Assembly: GCA_965201075.1 (NCBI GenBank)
Contig: CBDAVP010000007.1
Coordinates: forward strand, 1 to 64,000
Direction: 5' to 3'
Length of the DNA: 64,000 bases
DNA from: Isosphaeraceae bacterium
Lineage (GTDB): Bacteria; Planctomycetota; Planctomycetia; Isosphaerales; Isosphaeraceae
The position numbers and the translations under genes are program-made. Shown in pieces: positions 49,578 through 59,329 of this stretch. The number at the start of each line of letters is the position of its first letter. The first letter of the stretch is position 1. The notes below the pieces were generated by a model, which worked only from the letters and a program-made list of their open reading frames with translations, did not search any database and was not told the DNA's origin.

Positions 49578-50407
49578 CGACGACCCTCGGGGACGCGGAC
49601 CCAGATCTCCCCCTGCCCGCCCGCGATTCGGTCGCCATTGTAGCGGTCGAACGGGTCCAGGAAAGCCTCGGGAGGGACAGGAAATCCCCAGCGTCGCAGG
49701 CGGTTCAGGAATAGCGTGGCCAACGGCGGGCGGAACCGGCAGGCGTGGCGGAAGGTGATCGGCAGGTTGGGCGGGTCGGAAACGTCGAAGAGGGCGAGGG
49801 TTCCACGCTTCATCCCAGCGCCGGGGCCCTCGCCGACGGGGCCGAAGGCGAACAGGGAACCAGCCACCAGCGAGCGGCCCAGGCCCGGCCCCGAGGCGCC
49901 GGCCACGGCGATCAGACCTCGACGCATCGCCAGACCGGCGTCGACGCCGATGTTGCCGTGCACCAGGATGACCCCCTCGCGCATTCCCAGGGTCGCCCCT
50001 GGCAGCGCTCCGCCCAGGTTGTCGCCAGCATCGCCGCGGACCCGGACCAGTCCGCCCGTCATCGCCGCGAAGGCGCCATCGCCGACCCTTCCGAACAGCT
50101 CGAAAACCCCGCCGGCCATCCCCTCGCCAACTCCGTCGCCAGCCTCTCCGTGGACGGTCAGGCGGCCCGCGGCCAGGCCCGCCCCCAGCCGACGGATGCA
50201 TCGAAGGTCCCCTTCGAGGACGATTTCGCCGTCGAGAGCGCTTCCCTTGACGGCAAAGAGGTCGCCAATCTCGGCCGGGGCGTTACCGACGAGGATCGGC
50301 CGGCGGGCCACCTCGGCGGCGTCGGCGTCCCTCAGGAGGTCGGGTCGGAGCCCCTGGCCGTCGACAGGGGCCCGGACGGCGGCTTTCCATGAGAGCGTCA
50401 GCGGCAT
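49574..50407 (-). CDS. fhcC: Formyltransferase/hydrolase complex subunit C (FwdC-like)
   Basis: GXGXG beta-helix repeats, GMREG, MRRGLIAVAG, RYNGD...GQGEI; alternative start 50446. Confidence 0.92.
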   Translation of the reverse strand: MPLTLSWKAAVRAPVDGQGLRPDLLRDADAAEVARRPILVGNAPAEIGDLFAVKGSALDGEIVLEGDLRCIRRLGAGLAAGRLTVHGEAGDGVGEGMAGGVFELFGRVGDGAFAAMTGGLVRVRGDAGDNLGGALPGATLGMREGVILVHGNIGVDAGLAMRRGLIAVAGASGPGLGRSLVAGSLFAFGPVGEGPGAGMKRGTLALFDVSDPPNLPITFRHACRFRPPLATLFLNRLRRWGFPVPPEAFLDPFDRYNGDRIAGGQGEIWVRVPEGRR

Positions 50408-50603
50408 GCGGGGGCTCGCGAGGATTGAGACGGGACTTTGCGTCATTTGATCTTACCGAGACGAGCTTCGAGAGCGATCCGTGGAAGCGACCGAACCTCC
50501 GGGATTTCGTGCGAGCGTTGCTGGGCCTTCCGCCTTACAATCCGGGAGCCGCGGCCGTTCCCGGGCCCGGTCCAATCGCCAACTCTCCTCCAGGGATGCT
50601 CCC

Positions 50604-51407
50604 ATGTCGACGCCCCAAGTTCCCGAAAATCTCGTGGCCCCAGCCGTACCAGCCGCCCCCGTCTCGACAAGCCCCGTCTCGATGGCGAGGTCCTTGACGG
50701 GTCGACTCTGGGTTGCCGCCCTGCTTGGGGCGATCGTGTCGGGCGTGGGGTCGTGGGGAATCGGCGAGCTTGCCTCCCCCTATCTCCCCCTGGAACTTGA
50801 GCAGTCCCCGGGGCTGTCCGGTCCGACTCCCGAGATGCTCGCGGCCCGGGCACGGAATGAACTCACGAGGAATCGCAATGACACGATCCAGTACGGGGTG
50901 ATCGGCGCGTTGCTGGGTCTGTCGATGGGCGTGGCCGGGGGCATGGTCGTGCGGTCCACTCGGCTGGCGGCGTTGGTGGGGGTTATGGGCCTGGTCGTCG
51001 GCGGTGCCATCGGGGCCGGCGCGACGGCGGGGGTTCTTTACTGGAGGACGATCCATCCCATCCGCGATCCGAGTGATCTGGTGCAATCCTCGATGACGAT
51101 GGCGGGAATCTGGGGGCCTATCGGCTTGCTGGGTGGACTAGCCCTGGGGCTGGGCCTCGGCCGCAAGGGAGGAGTTCTTGGCCCGGGGCTGAGTGGCTGC
51201 GTTGGCGCCTTGCTGGCCTCGGGTTTCCAGCCGGTCGCCTCGTCGATCTTCCAGATCTCCAAGCCATCGATAAACCTGTTCGGCGCGACGGCGGGGGACC
51301 GTCTGGTGAGTGTCCTTCTGCTGACAATCTTCACCGCGCTGGCCGCGACTCGTTCCGCGACAGCCCAGCCGCGAACCAAGCCGATCTCCCCGTCGCCCGT
51401 GGCTTGA
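50604..51407 (+). CDS. Gly-rich polytopic membrane protein of unknown function
   Basis: About 6 GxxxG-rich helices (YGVIGALLGLSMGVAGG, WGPIGLLGGLALGLG). Confidence 0.75.
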   Translation: MSTPQVPENLVAPAVPAAPVSTSPVSMARSLTGRLWVAALLGAIVSGVGSWGIGELASPYLPLELEQSPGLSGPTPEMLAARARNELTRNRNDTIQYGVIGALLGLSMGVAGGMVVRSTRLAALVGVMGLVVGGAIGAGATAGVLYWRTIHPIRDPSDLVQSSMTMAGIWGPIGLLGGLALGLGLGRKGGVLGPGLSGCVGALLASGFQPVASSIFQISKPSINLFGATAGDRLVSVLLLTIFTALAATRSATAQPRTKPISPSPVA

Positions 51408-51417
51408 AGCGCAAGAT

Positions 51418-52335
51418 TTAGAGGGCCTTGAGTACGTCGTGCAGACGGATATGGTGGGGGCCAAGTTTCCCGCCGTAATTGCCGGCCGTGAGGCGGACGA
51501 TGCCCGGCAGGGCCGCGGCTCGCAGACCGGCGGCGGTGGCGGCCTCGACCGCGGCAAGGCTCAGGCCGTCGATGACGATTTCGTAAGCGGCCTGGACTTC
51601 GGGCGGGAGTTCGGTCTCTACCAGGCCACGGAGCGTCGGAGCAAAGGCGGTGTTGGTGCTGGCCCTGAGCGCCTTGTATTTGCTGCCGACCTTTGAGCCC
51701 GAACGGGCGATCCCCCCGGGGAACGGCAGGATCACGTCCGGGCAAGCCCTCATCGACGAGGCGGCGGCCGTCGCGGCGGCGAGGGTCGTCGGGCCGTCGA
51801 CGCCCAGCATGATGATGTTCCCCCCGGCCACCCCTTTCACCGTGCCGAAGGTCTCCTCGCAGGTGAATTCGCCGTCCATGACCGGGATTCGCCAGAATCG
51901 ACGGCCGTCGAGACGCTTGGCAATCTGCCAGCCGTCGCCGAAGTAGCGGAGACGACCGCCCACGGTGATCGGCTTTTCCCCGGCGGGCAGGCCGGCGTAA
52001 CAGGCGGAAGTCGGGCAGGTCATGACGCACTGGCCGACGCGGTTGGACACGGCCTTTTCCAGAGCGTCTCGACTGAAGGCGAACAGGAGTACGGAGACTC
52101 CTGGGCGGCCGTCGGGAGTCTGGTCGGGGGGCAAGGTCCGCTCGATGGCGGCTTCGGCGTCGCAACCAATGACGCTACAGGCGTAGCCAGTCATGGTGGC
52201 GCCGGCGATCGCGGCCCATTCGGGGGTGTCGGCCGTGAGGATCGCCCGCGTTCCGGTCATCGGGAACGCCTCGGCGAAGGTGTCGGCGACGGGGACGCCG
52301 TTGAGTTCCCAGGTCGTGGAGGTGTCGGGGTTCAC
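51418..52335 (-). CDS. fhcD: Formylmethanofuran-H4MPT formyltransferase (Ftr)
   Basis: DTFAEAF, SVIGCDAE, TPDGRPG, RVGQCVMTCPT, FPGGIARSGSKVGS, YEIVIDG, AGNYGGKLG. Confidence 0.96.
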   Translation of the reverse strand: MNPDTSTTWELNGVPVADTFAEAFPMTGTRAILTADTPEWAAIAGATMTGYACSVIGCDAEAAIERTLPPDQTPDGRPGVSVLLFAFSRDALEKAVSNRVGQCVMTCPTSACYAGLPAGEKPITVGGRLRYFGDGWQIAKRLDGRRFWRIPVMDGEFTCEETFGTVKGVAGGNIIMLGVDGPTTLAAATAAASSMRACPDVILPFPGGIARSGSKVGSKYKALRASTNTAFAPTLRGLVETELPPEVQAAYEIVIDGLSLAAVEAATAAGLRAAALPGIVRLTAGNYGGKLGPHHIRLHDVLKAL

Positions 52336-53978
52336 GACAAAGCCTCCTCGACGGCCAGGTCGGCGTCGGCCACCGGGAAGTTGGCGAACCGGATCGAGGA
52401 GCCCTGGTCAAAGCGGTCGCGGACGAGCGTTTCGATGGCGTCGTCGAAGGGCGGGGAGACGGTTAATGGGTCTCCCGCGGGAACGGGCCGGGGTTCCCCG
52501 TCATCCAGCACCACCCGGCCGGCTTTCAGGACGTAGCGAGGCATCGCGAACATCTGGCGGACGTCGGGGTCGGGGGCGTAGATCGTCAGGTCGGCGTCGG
52601 CCCCCAGACCGAGGTGCCCCTTGCGACTCAGGCCGAGCATCCTGGCGGGGGCGGCCCGGGTCAGAATGGCGATTTCGGACAGGGAGTACTCACGGGAAAG
52701 TTCTCCCAGGCCAGTGCGTCCCCGGGCACGCTTGGGAAGGGCGTTGAGGGCATCGTCGCGGTGGCCTCGGTCCATGAGCAAAGCGATCACGTCGGGGTAG
52801 GCCAGAAAGGAGCCGCCGTTGGGGTGGTCGGTGCTGAGGGCGATTCGCCAGGGGTCCTCGACTCGGAGAAACCATTCCAGGCCAATCGCCCACTGGAGCG
52901 CGTGAATGAAGTTGGTGTCCTTGTATTCGACCGGGACGATGCCGCAGCCGGTCTCGTGTTCGAGGTCGACATTGACCCATTTCTGGCCCAGCAAGCGGTG
53001 CAGGAAATACCCCACCGCGCCATCGGCCGTCATGCTGGTCGTGCGTCCGAACAGGACCTGGCCGACGTCGGTGGTCAGGCCGGGGGTGGCGTTGAACGCC
53101 TCGGCCAGTTCGGGGACTCGTGAGGTCATCGTGGCGGGGTCGTGGGGATCGCCGCCATAACTGTGAAACTGGATGTGGGCCAGGTGGGTCCGTCGCCCAT
53201 CCAAAGCCTGCATCGTCTCCAACGTCGTCGAGGCATTGCCGGGCAGGCCGAGGTTCAGCCCGTGAAGGTGCATCGGGTGGGGCAGCCCCAGGCCATCAAC
53301 CGCCTCGGCCAGGGCCAGCAGGATCTGGCGAGGGGTGACACCAAAGCCGTCGACGGTTTGGTCGAGAGTCGCGACCACGCCCCGGCCCTTCCCCTGCTTC
53401 CAGAGTTCGACTCCGCCAGGGTTGACGACCTTCACCCCGTAAGCCCTGGTGGCGCCCAGCAACCAGGCGACGTAATCTCGCAGTCGCGAGGTTTCCCCAG
53501 CGTGGATCAGGTCCATCACCAGGTGGTTGTTCCCCAGGAGAGCGAGAAATCCCTTGTCGATGACGGGAGTGTCGCGCAATTCGTGGTGGGCGTGCCGGGC
53601 TCCGAGCGGGGCAATCGCGGCATCAATGGCGGTGGTGTAGCCGAGACCGGCATAGCGATAACCGGTGGCGAAAGTGCTGGGGACGCTGCCGAGGGTACCC
53701 GACCGCATCCCCGGCCGTCTCGGGACCACCCCCTCGCGGTCCTCGGGGCGAAGAGCGCGGGCAGCGTTGACCTTGGAACCGGCGATGTGGCAATGGACGT
53801 CCACCCCGCCGGGCATGACGACGTAACCCCTCGCGTCGATCGTCCGGTCGGGCCGGGTTGCCGGGTCGGAAGGGGCCGCGACGAGCGCCGCCCCCTCGAT
53901 CCAGAGGTCCCCCACCATGTCCTCGACGCCATTGGCCGGGTCCACGACCCGACCACCGGAAATTTTCAAGAGCGTCAT
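52332..53978 (-). CDS. fhcA: Formyltransferase/hydrolase complex subunit A (amidohydrolase, FwdA-like)
   Basis: DVHCHIAGSKVN, GVKVVNPGG, HLHGLNLGLPGN, HIQFHSYG, STDHPNGG. Confidence 0.95.
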   Translation of the reverse strand: MTLLKISGGRVVDPANGVEDMVGDLWIEGAALVAAPSDPATRPDRTIDARGYVVMPGGVDVHCHIAGSKVNAARALRPEDREGVVPRRPGMRSGTLGSVPSTFATGYRYAGLGYTTAIDAAIAPLGARHAHHELRDTPVIDKGFLALLGNNHLVMDLIHAGETSRLRDYVAWLLGATRAYGVKVVNPGGVELWKQGKGRGVVATLDQTVDGFGVTPRQILLALAEAVDGLGLPHPMHLHGLNLGLPGNASTTLETMQALDGRRTHLAHIQFHSYGGDPHDPATMTSRVPELAEAFNATPGLTTDVGQVLFGRTTSMTADGAVGYFLHRLLGQKWVNVDLEHETGCGIVPVEYKDTNFIHALQWAIGLEWFLRVEDPWRIALSTDHPNGGSFLAYPDVIALLMDRGHRDDALNALPKRARGRTGLGELSREYSLSEIAILTRAAPARMLGLSRKGHLGLGADADLTIYAPDPDVRQMFAMPRYVLKAGRVVLDDGEPRPVPAGDPLTVSPPFDDAIETLVRDRFDQGSSIRFANFPVADADLAVEEALS

Positions 53979-54123
53979 CGGCCCGAAACCTCGCTGGGAG
54001 AATCGGCCCGACCTGATCCTTCTCTTCGCGGGTGGAGAGCAGGGTCGCGGCGGGGGGATTCCCGTTCGTTTCGGTTTGAGCAAGAACCGGAGAAGTTTGG
54101 GAGGGAGGGCATGACGCGTGGTC

Positions 54124-55428
54124 TCATGACGGGTCCGACAGGCGGGTCGAAATGGCCTGCAAACAGGCGCCGATCGTGGGCCGTGAGGTTTCCAGGATCG
54201 GCCGCAACGGGAGGGTCAGTCCGTCGGATCTCATGAACGTCCCCCGTACCTGGAGGCCGGGGATCGCGGTGCGGAACACAACGTCGGCCCCGTCATCGAA
54301 GGGGCCGGGTTCCGCGCCGATCACCACGCGAGGCAGTTGGCGGAGGCGTTCCATCGCGGCAACGGGCAAGGCCGTGGTGTGGTCGTCGGCCACGATCAAA
54401 ACGGCATCGGCCACGGCCAGGGTCGCCACGACATCGCCGACGCGCGGACGGGGCCATCCCGGCGAAAAGTCCACGGCAAGCGGCATCCCGGCCTGCCAGG
54501 TGAGAACCGTCTCGGCGCCGCTGGGATTCCCCGGCATCCCGAGACTCAGGGCGACGCACCGGGACGAGGCGTTCTGGTCACGCACGAGTCGCAAGAATTC
54601 CTCGACCACGGCCTGTCCCATGGGCCCCTGACCGAGCGTCGCATCAAAAAAGAGGACGCCGTAGTGGGCGAGGCGAATGCGATCGAACAAGATTCGGAAA
54701 TGATCGGCCTCGGGTCCGAGCCGAAGTCCGGACCCAGTGGGATCGCCCGGGTAGTCCATCAATTGAGCCCGAATCCCCCTCAGTGTCGCGAGTTGATCGG
54801 CAGGGTTGAGCGGGATGAAGGCATCGGCGAGGCGAGAGGTGGCGGTCGGCTCGGCCCCGACCGCGATGACGAACCGATCGCGGCGGCCACGAGGTCGGAA
54901 TCGCCCGGGAGGCTCGACGAATCGTTCCCAATGACGAGGATGGGTGCGGACCGGGTCGACTCCCCAGTAAATGACAAGGTCGGCGCGTTCGCGAACTTCT
55001 CCCAGGGTCGCCGTGACCAGCCCCACCCGCTGAAACGCGCGAACTCGGGGCATCGCGAGAGTCTCGTGTCCGAGGATCACCGCGGCCCCCAGGCGATCCG
55101 CCAGGGCGACGGCCATTCCTTGATCTTCCAGCGTCGCGCCGTTGAGCCCAACCAGTACGGGGCTACGCGACGTCTTCAGAAGGTCCGTGGCACGAGCCAC
55201 CGCCACTCCCAACGGGCGAGGGTCGCCAGCGACCGTGGCGGAATGATCCTGGTGTTCCGTCCGGTCGCGAAGGAACCAGTCCTGGCCCATCGGGCAGGCG
55301 TTGCGGGCCTCGACGACTTTTCCCGCCTCGACTCCCACGCCGATGTCGTCGCAAAGGCAGCCGCAGGCCGGACAGACGGAATCCTCAAAACGGGTGGGGC
55401 GAGGGGCAGCGGATTCGGTCGACGCCAT
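54124..55428 (-). CDS. fhcB: Formyltransferase/hydrolase complex subunit B (FwdB-like)
   Basis: CPACGCLCDD, NACPMG, TLGEVRERADL..WG.DP..THPRH, GNPSGA...WQAG.P..VDF, GTFMRSDG. Confidence 0.9.
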   Translation of the reverse strand: MASTESAAPRPTRFEDSVCPACGCLCDDIGVGVEAGKVVEARNACPMGQDWFLRDRTEHQDHSATVAGDPRPLGVAVARATDLLKTSRSPVLVGLNGATLEDQGMAVALADRLGAAVILGHETLAMPRVRAFQRVGLVTATLGEVRERADLVIYWGVDPVRTHPRHWERFVEPPGRFRPRGRRDRFVIAVGAEPTATSRLADAFIPLNPADQLATLRGIRAQLMDYPGDPTGSGLRLGPEADHFRILFDRIRLAHYGVLFFDATLGQGPMGQAVVEEFLRLVRDQNASSRCVALSLGMPGNPSGAETVLTWQAGMPLAVDFSPGWPRPRVGDVVATLAVADAVLIVADDHTTALPVAAMERLRQLPRVVIGAEPGPFDDGADVVFRTAIPGLQVRGTFMRSDGLTLPLRPILETSRPTIGACLQAISTRLSDPS

Positions 55429-55570
55429 CGCGAACCACCTTGACGAGCCTTGGGAGCGAACGGCCCGCCATCATACCCGTCGGGGGCACGTTCCGCGTCC
55501 CCTTGAGCAAGTGGTCCTCCGGGGCGACAATGAATGGTCGGTGGTGTCCCGGGCGATACGCGAGGTGGAG

Positions 55571-56344
55571 ATGAATTCTGTCGATCATGGGCGAGTGTTG
55601 GCCGGGATGAGGATGGCGGTGCTGGGTTCCACATCCGGGATTGGTCGCGCCACGGCTTTGGCTCTGGCGGAGGCAGGCGCCGACGTGATTGTCCACGGGC
55701 GACAGTCTCGGGAACAGGCCGAAACGGTCGCCAGCGAAGCTCGCGGGTTCGGCGTGCGCGCTTCGGTTTTGATGGCCGACCTGGCGGATCGGGAGGCCGG
55801 GGATCGTCTGGTCGAGCAAGCCTGGAACCTTTGGGGAGGGCTGGACGCCTGGCTGCACCTGGCCGGCGCCGACACCCTGACCGGATCGGCGGCCCGCTGG
55901 TCGTTCGAGGCGAAGCTGGATCGGCTCTGGGAAGTCGACGTCGTGGCGACGATACGGCTCTGCCGGGCCGTCGGGGCTCTCATGAAGGAGCGGGGCGCCG
56001 GGTCGATCGTCACGATGAGCTGGGATCAGGCCGAATCCGGCATGGAGGGGGACTCGGGCGAGCTGTTCGCCGCGACCAAGGGGGCGATTTTGGCGTTTAC
56101 CCGTAGCCTGTCGCTCTCGCTGGCCCCTGCTGTGAGGGTGAACGCGCTGGCCCCGGGCTGGATCTTGACCAAATGGGGCGAGGGAGCTTCGGACGCCTGG
56201 CAGGAGCGGGTCTTGCGAGAAACCCCTTTGGCACGCTGGGGGAACGTCCAGGACGTTGCTCAGGCGGCACGATTCCTGGTCGGGCCGGAATCGTCGTTCC
56301 TGACCGGTCAGACGGTGCGGATCAACGGGGGCGCGGTCCGCTGA
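55571..56344 (+). CDS. SDR oxidoreductase, pteridine-reductase-like, first gene of the mptG operon
   Basis: GSTSGIG, VIVHGRQS, FAATK (YxxxK position), VRVNALAPGWI, TPLARWG, FLTGQ. Confidence 0.85.
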   Translation: MNSVDHGRVLAGMRMAVLGSTSGIGRATALALAEAGADVIVHGRQSREQAETVASEARGFGVRASVLMADLADREAGDRLVEQAWNLWGGLDAWLHLAGADTLTGSAARWSFEAKLDRLWEVDVVATIRLCRAVGALMKERGAGSIVTMSWDQAESGMEGDSGELFAATKGAILAFTRSLSLSLAPAVRVNALAPGWILTKWGEGASDAWQERVLRETPLARWGNVQDVAQAARFLVGPESSFLTGQTVRINGGAVR

Positions 56345-56373
56345 TCCACGACGACGTCAAGGGAGGCGCGGCG

Positions 56374-57753
56374 TTGACCGGACCTCCGCGAATCCTGTTC
56401 GTCACGGGGCGCCTGGCCGAATTCGCGCTGAGGCGGCTGCTGGACGACCTCGCGCCGAGGGCGGGATTCGTGCCCGAGGTCGCCGTCCTGCCGATCTCGG
56501 TCGCCGCCTTGATGCCGCCGAAATGGGTCGCCCGCCACCTGGTTGTTCCTGAAGGGGTGGGGAGAGTCATCTTGCCCGGATATTGCCGAGGCGACCTGGG
56601 TCCCGTCCTGGAGAAGGTCGGAGACGTCAAGGTCGAGCGAGGCCCCGAGGACCTACGCGACCTGCCGGTCTTCTTCGGGCAGGCCGACACCAAGAGGGAA
56701 GGCTACGGCGGCTACTCGATTGAAATTCTGGCCGAGATCAATCACGCCCCGACCCTGGAACTTCGCGAATTGCTCCGCCAGGCCGAGCGATTCGGGGCCG
56801 AAGGCGCGGACTGGATTGACCTGGGTTGCAATCCCGACGACAGGTGGACGGGTGTTGGCGAGGCCGTCCGGGAACTTCGGGATCACGGCCTGCGCGTCTC
56901 GATCGACAGCTTCGACCCGGCGGAAGTGGCCGACGCCGTCGCGATGGGGGCGGAGTTGGTCTTGAGCGTCAATGCCACCAATCGCCAGCACGCGGCCGAT
57001 TGGGGTGTCGAGGTCGTCGTCGTACCGGATCGCCCGGGCACCCTTGATGGGCTGGAGGAGACGGTTGCGTTCCTGGAAGCCCGGGGCGTCCCTCATCGTC
57101 TCGACCCGATCCTGGAACCGATCGGGTTCGGGTTTGCCGCGTCCCTGGCCCGTTATGCCGAGGTCCGTCGCCGCTATCCCGAGACGGCGATGCTCATGGG
57201 GATTGGCAACCTGACGGAGTTGACCGACGTCGATTCGGCCGGAGTCAATGTCTTGCTGACGGCGATTTGCCAGGAGCTTGGCGTTGGGAGCGTCTTGACC
57301 ACGGCGGTCATCCCCTGGGCCCGCTCATCGGTCCGCGAGATCGACCTGGCCCGCCGGCTGGTTTATCATGCGGTGACACGTAAGGTGCTCCCGAAACATC
57401 TGGAACCGGGCCTGGTCCTGCTGCGAGACCCGAAAGTCCCCAGGCATGGACGCGAGGTTCTGGAGGAGTTGGGTCGACGGATCAAGGATCCGAATTGGCG
57501 GATCTTCGCCGAGGACGGCCAACTGTACGCACTGAGCCGCGATCGGTTCCTCGTCGAGTCCGACCCGTTTCTCCTCTTCGACCGCATGGGCGTCGAGGAC
57601 CCCTCCCATGCCTTTTACCTCGGATCTGAGTTGATGAAGGCCAAGACCGCGTTGACCCTGGGCAAGGCGTATCGGCAGGATCAGGCGCTGGATTGGGGCT
57701 TCCTGACCGAGCCGGAAACGAGCCATCGCGACCGAGAGCGGGGGAACGGATGA
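56374..57753 (+). CDS. Dihydropteroate synthase-like protein (Orf20, DUF6513)
   Basis: LFVTGRLAE, VAALM, GPEDLRDLP, GADWIDLGC, SIDS, LDPILEPIGFGF, GIGNLTELTDVDS, HAFYLG.EL.KA..AL.LGK.Y.QD. Confidence 0.88.
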   Translation: MTGPPRILFVTGRLAEFALRRLLDDLAPRAGFVPEVAVLPISVAALMPPKWVARHLVVPEGVGRVILPGYCRGDLGPVLEKVGDVKVERGPEDLRDLPVFFGQADTKREGYGGYSIEILAEINHAPTLELRELLRQAERFGAEGADWIDLGCNPDDRWTGVGEAVRELRDHGLRVSIDSFDPAEVADAVAMGAELVLSVNATNRQHAADWGVEVVVVPDRPGTLDGLEETVAFLEARGVPHRLDPILEPIGFGFAASLARYAEVRRRYPETAMLMGIGNLTELTDVDSAGVNVLLTAICQELGVGSVLTTAVIPWARSSVREIDLARRLVYHAVTRKVLPKHLEPGLVLLRDPKVPRHGREVLEELGRRIKDPNWRIFAEDGQLYALSRDRFLVESDPFLLFDRMGVEDPSHAFYLGSELMKAKTALTLGKAYRQDQALDWGFLTEPETSHRDRERGNG

Positions 57754-58343
57754 TCCTGGAGGGGATCGTGACCACCCTGGGGCCGGACGGCACGCTGAAT
57801 GTCTCGCCGATGGGACCTCGGATTGAAGACGACTGGCGATCGTTCGAACTTCGACCGTTCGTCACGTCGAGAACGTTTCGGAACCTGCAAGCCCTCGGCG
57901 AAGGCGTGCTGCACGTGACCGACGACGTGCTGTTGCTTGCCCGGGCGGCCCTGGGAGCGGCGGACGACACCCCGACCCGACCGGCCGAGGTGGTCCGCGG
58001 CCGAATCCTCGCGGATGCCTGTCGCTATTATGAATTTCGGGTGGTCGTGCCGGACGTGGCCGACGAGCGGCCCTCACTCGCGGCGTTGGTGGTCGCCCAG
58101 GGCCGCGGTCGGGAGTTTTTCGGACTGAACCGCGCCAAGGCGGCGATCGTCGAGGCGGCCATCCTGGCGACTCGCGCGGCTTGGCTCCCCCCCGCCGAAG
58201 TTCTCGGGGAATTCCAGCGGCTGCGGATTCCGGTCGAGAAGACCGGAGGCGAGGCCGAGCATCAGGCCTACAAACTTCTTTTCGATCATATCCTGGCCGA
58301 GACGCGGTCCCGGGGGTTCAACCCCGACGCACTCGTCCCATGA
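57750..58343 (+). CDS. DUF447 family split-barrel protein (Orf19)
   Basis: ILEGIVTT, NVSPMG, PFVTSRTFRNL, GLNRAKAAIVEAAILATR, VEKTGG; ATGA overlap. Confidence 0.88.
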   Translation: MILEGIVTTLGPDGTLNVSPMGPRIEDDWRSFELRPFVTSRTFRNLQALGEGVLHVTDDVLLLARAALGAADDTPTRPAEVVRGRILADACRYYEFRVVVPDVADERPSLAALVVAQGRGREFFGLNRAKAAIVEAAILATRAAWLPPAEVLGEFQRLRIPVEKTGGEAEHQAYKLLFDHILAETRSRGFNPDALVP

Positions 58344-59311
58344 ACGGCCTCATCCTCCGAGCCCCCAGTCGACTCCATTTCGGCCTGCTCTCGCTCAACC
58401 CGGAAGCGAGTCGCCAGTTCGGCGGGGTGGGCTTGATGATCGAGGGGCCTCACCTGGAGATCACGGCCCGACCCGCCGCGGATTGGGGGGCCCACGGTCC
58501 CCGCGCCGACCGCGTGCTCGGTTTCGCAAAGCTCGTCGCCAGCCGACTGCCGCCCTCGCGGACGGCCGTTCAACCCCTGGATTTCGAGATCCTGGAGGCC
58601 CCGCCCGAGCATGTTGGGCTGGGAACCGGCACCCAACTCGGCCTGGCCGTGGCTCGACTCGTGGCAAGTTTTGCTGGTCTGTCCCACGCCCCGTTCACGT
58701 CCCTGGCGGAATGGGCGGGCCGAGGCCTTCGATCCGGGATTGGATTGCACGGCGCGGCTCTCGGAGGACTGATCGTCGACGGCGGACGGTCCTCGGCACT
58801 GGGGCCGCCTCCACTCCTCTTCCATTCCAGCCTCCCGGACGAATGGTCGATTTTGCTCGCCATCCCCCGGAATGTTCAGGGACTCCACGGCCTCGACGAG
58901 ACTCGGGCATTCGACCGTCTCCCACCTATCCCTACAGGTGTGACCGACCAACTCTGCCGACTCGTCTTGATGGGTCTCATGCCCGCTCTTGTCGAGCACG
59001 ACCTGAAAACCTTTGGCGAGGCCCTCTCCGAAATACAGGCACGAGTCGGTCAGGCGTTCTCACCAACCCAAGGTGGTATCTTCGCTCATCCACGTTCCGC
59101 TTCGATGGTCGAGGCCATGCGATCGGAAGGATTGCATGGTGTCGGACAAAGCTCCTGGGGGCCGACCCTCTACGGATTCGCTGATTTTGACGCGATTCGT
59201 CGCGAAACCGTGGAATTCCGATTACGCAACCGTCTGGGATTCGAGGTTTCCCTTCGTTGGACCAAACCGAGCCGACAGGGAGTGAGGATGGAGCCAATCC
59301 CCCATTCCTGA
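58340..59311 (+). CDS. mptG: Beta-ribofuranosylaminobenzene 5'-phosphate synthase
   Basis: APSRLHFGL, RQFGGVGL, HVGLGTGTQL, GRGLRSGIG, GGLIVDGG, GQSSWGPT. Confidence 0.92.
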   Translation: MNGLILRAPSRLHFGLLSLNPEASRQFGGVGLMIEGPHLEITARPAADWGAHGPRADRVLGFAKLVASRLPPSRTAVQPLDFEILEAPPEHVGLGTGTQLGLAVARLVASFAGLSHAPFTSLAEWAGRGLRSGIGLHGAALGGLIVDGGRSSALGPPPLLFHSSLPDEWSILLAIPRNVQGLHGLDETRAFDRLPPIPTGVTDQLCRLVLMGLMPALVEHDLKTFGEALSEIQARVGQAFSPTQGGIFAHPRSASMVEAMRSEGLHGVGQSSWGPTLYGFADFDAIRRETVEFRLRNRLGFEVSLRWTKPSRQGVRMEPIPHS

Positions 59312-59329
59312 TCCCCAATGCGGCTCATC

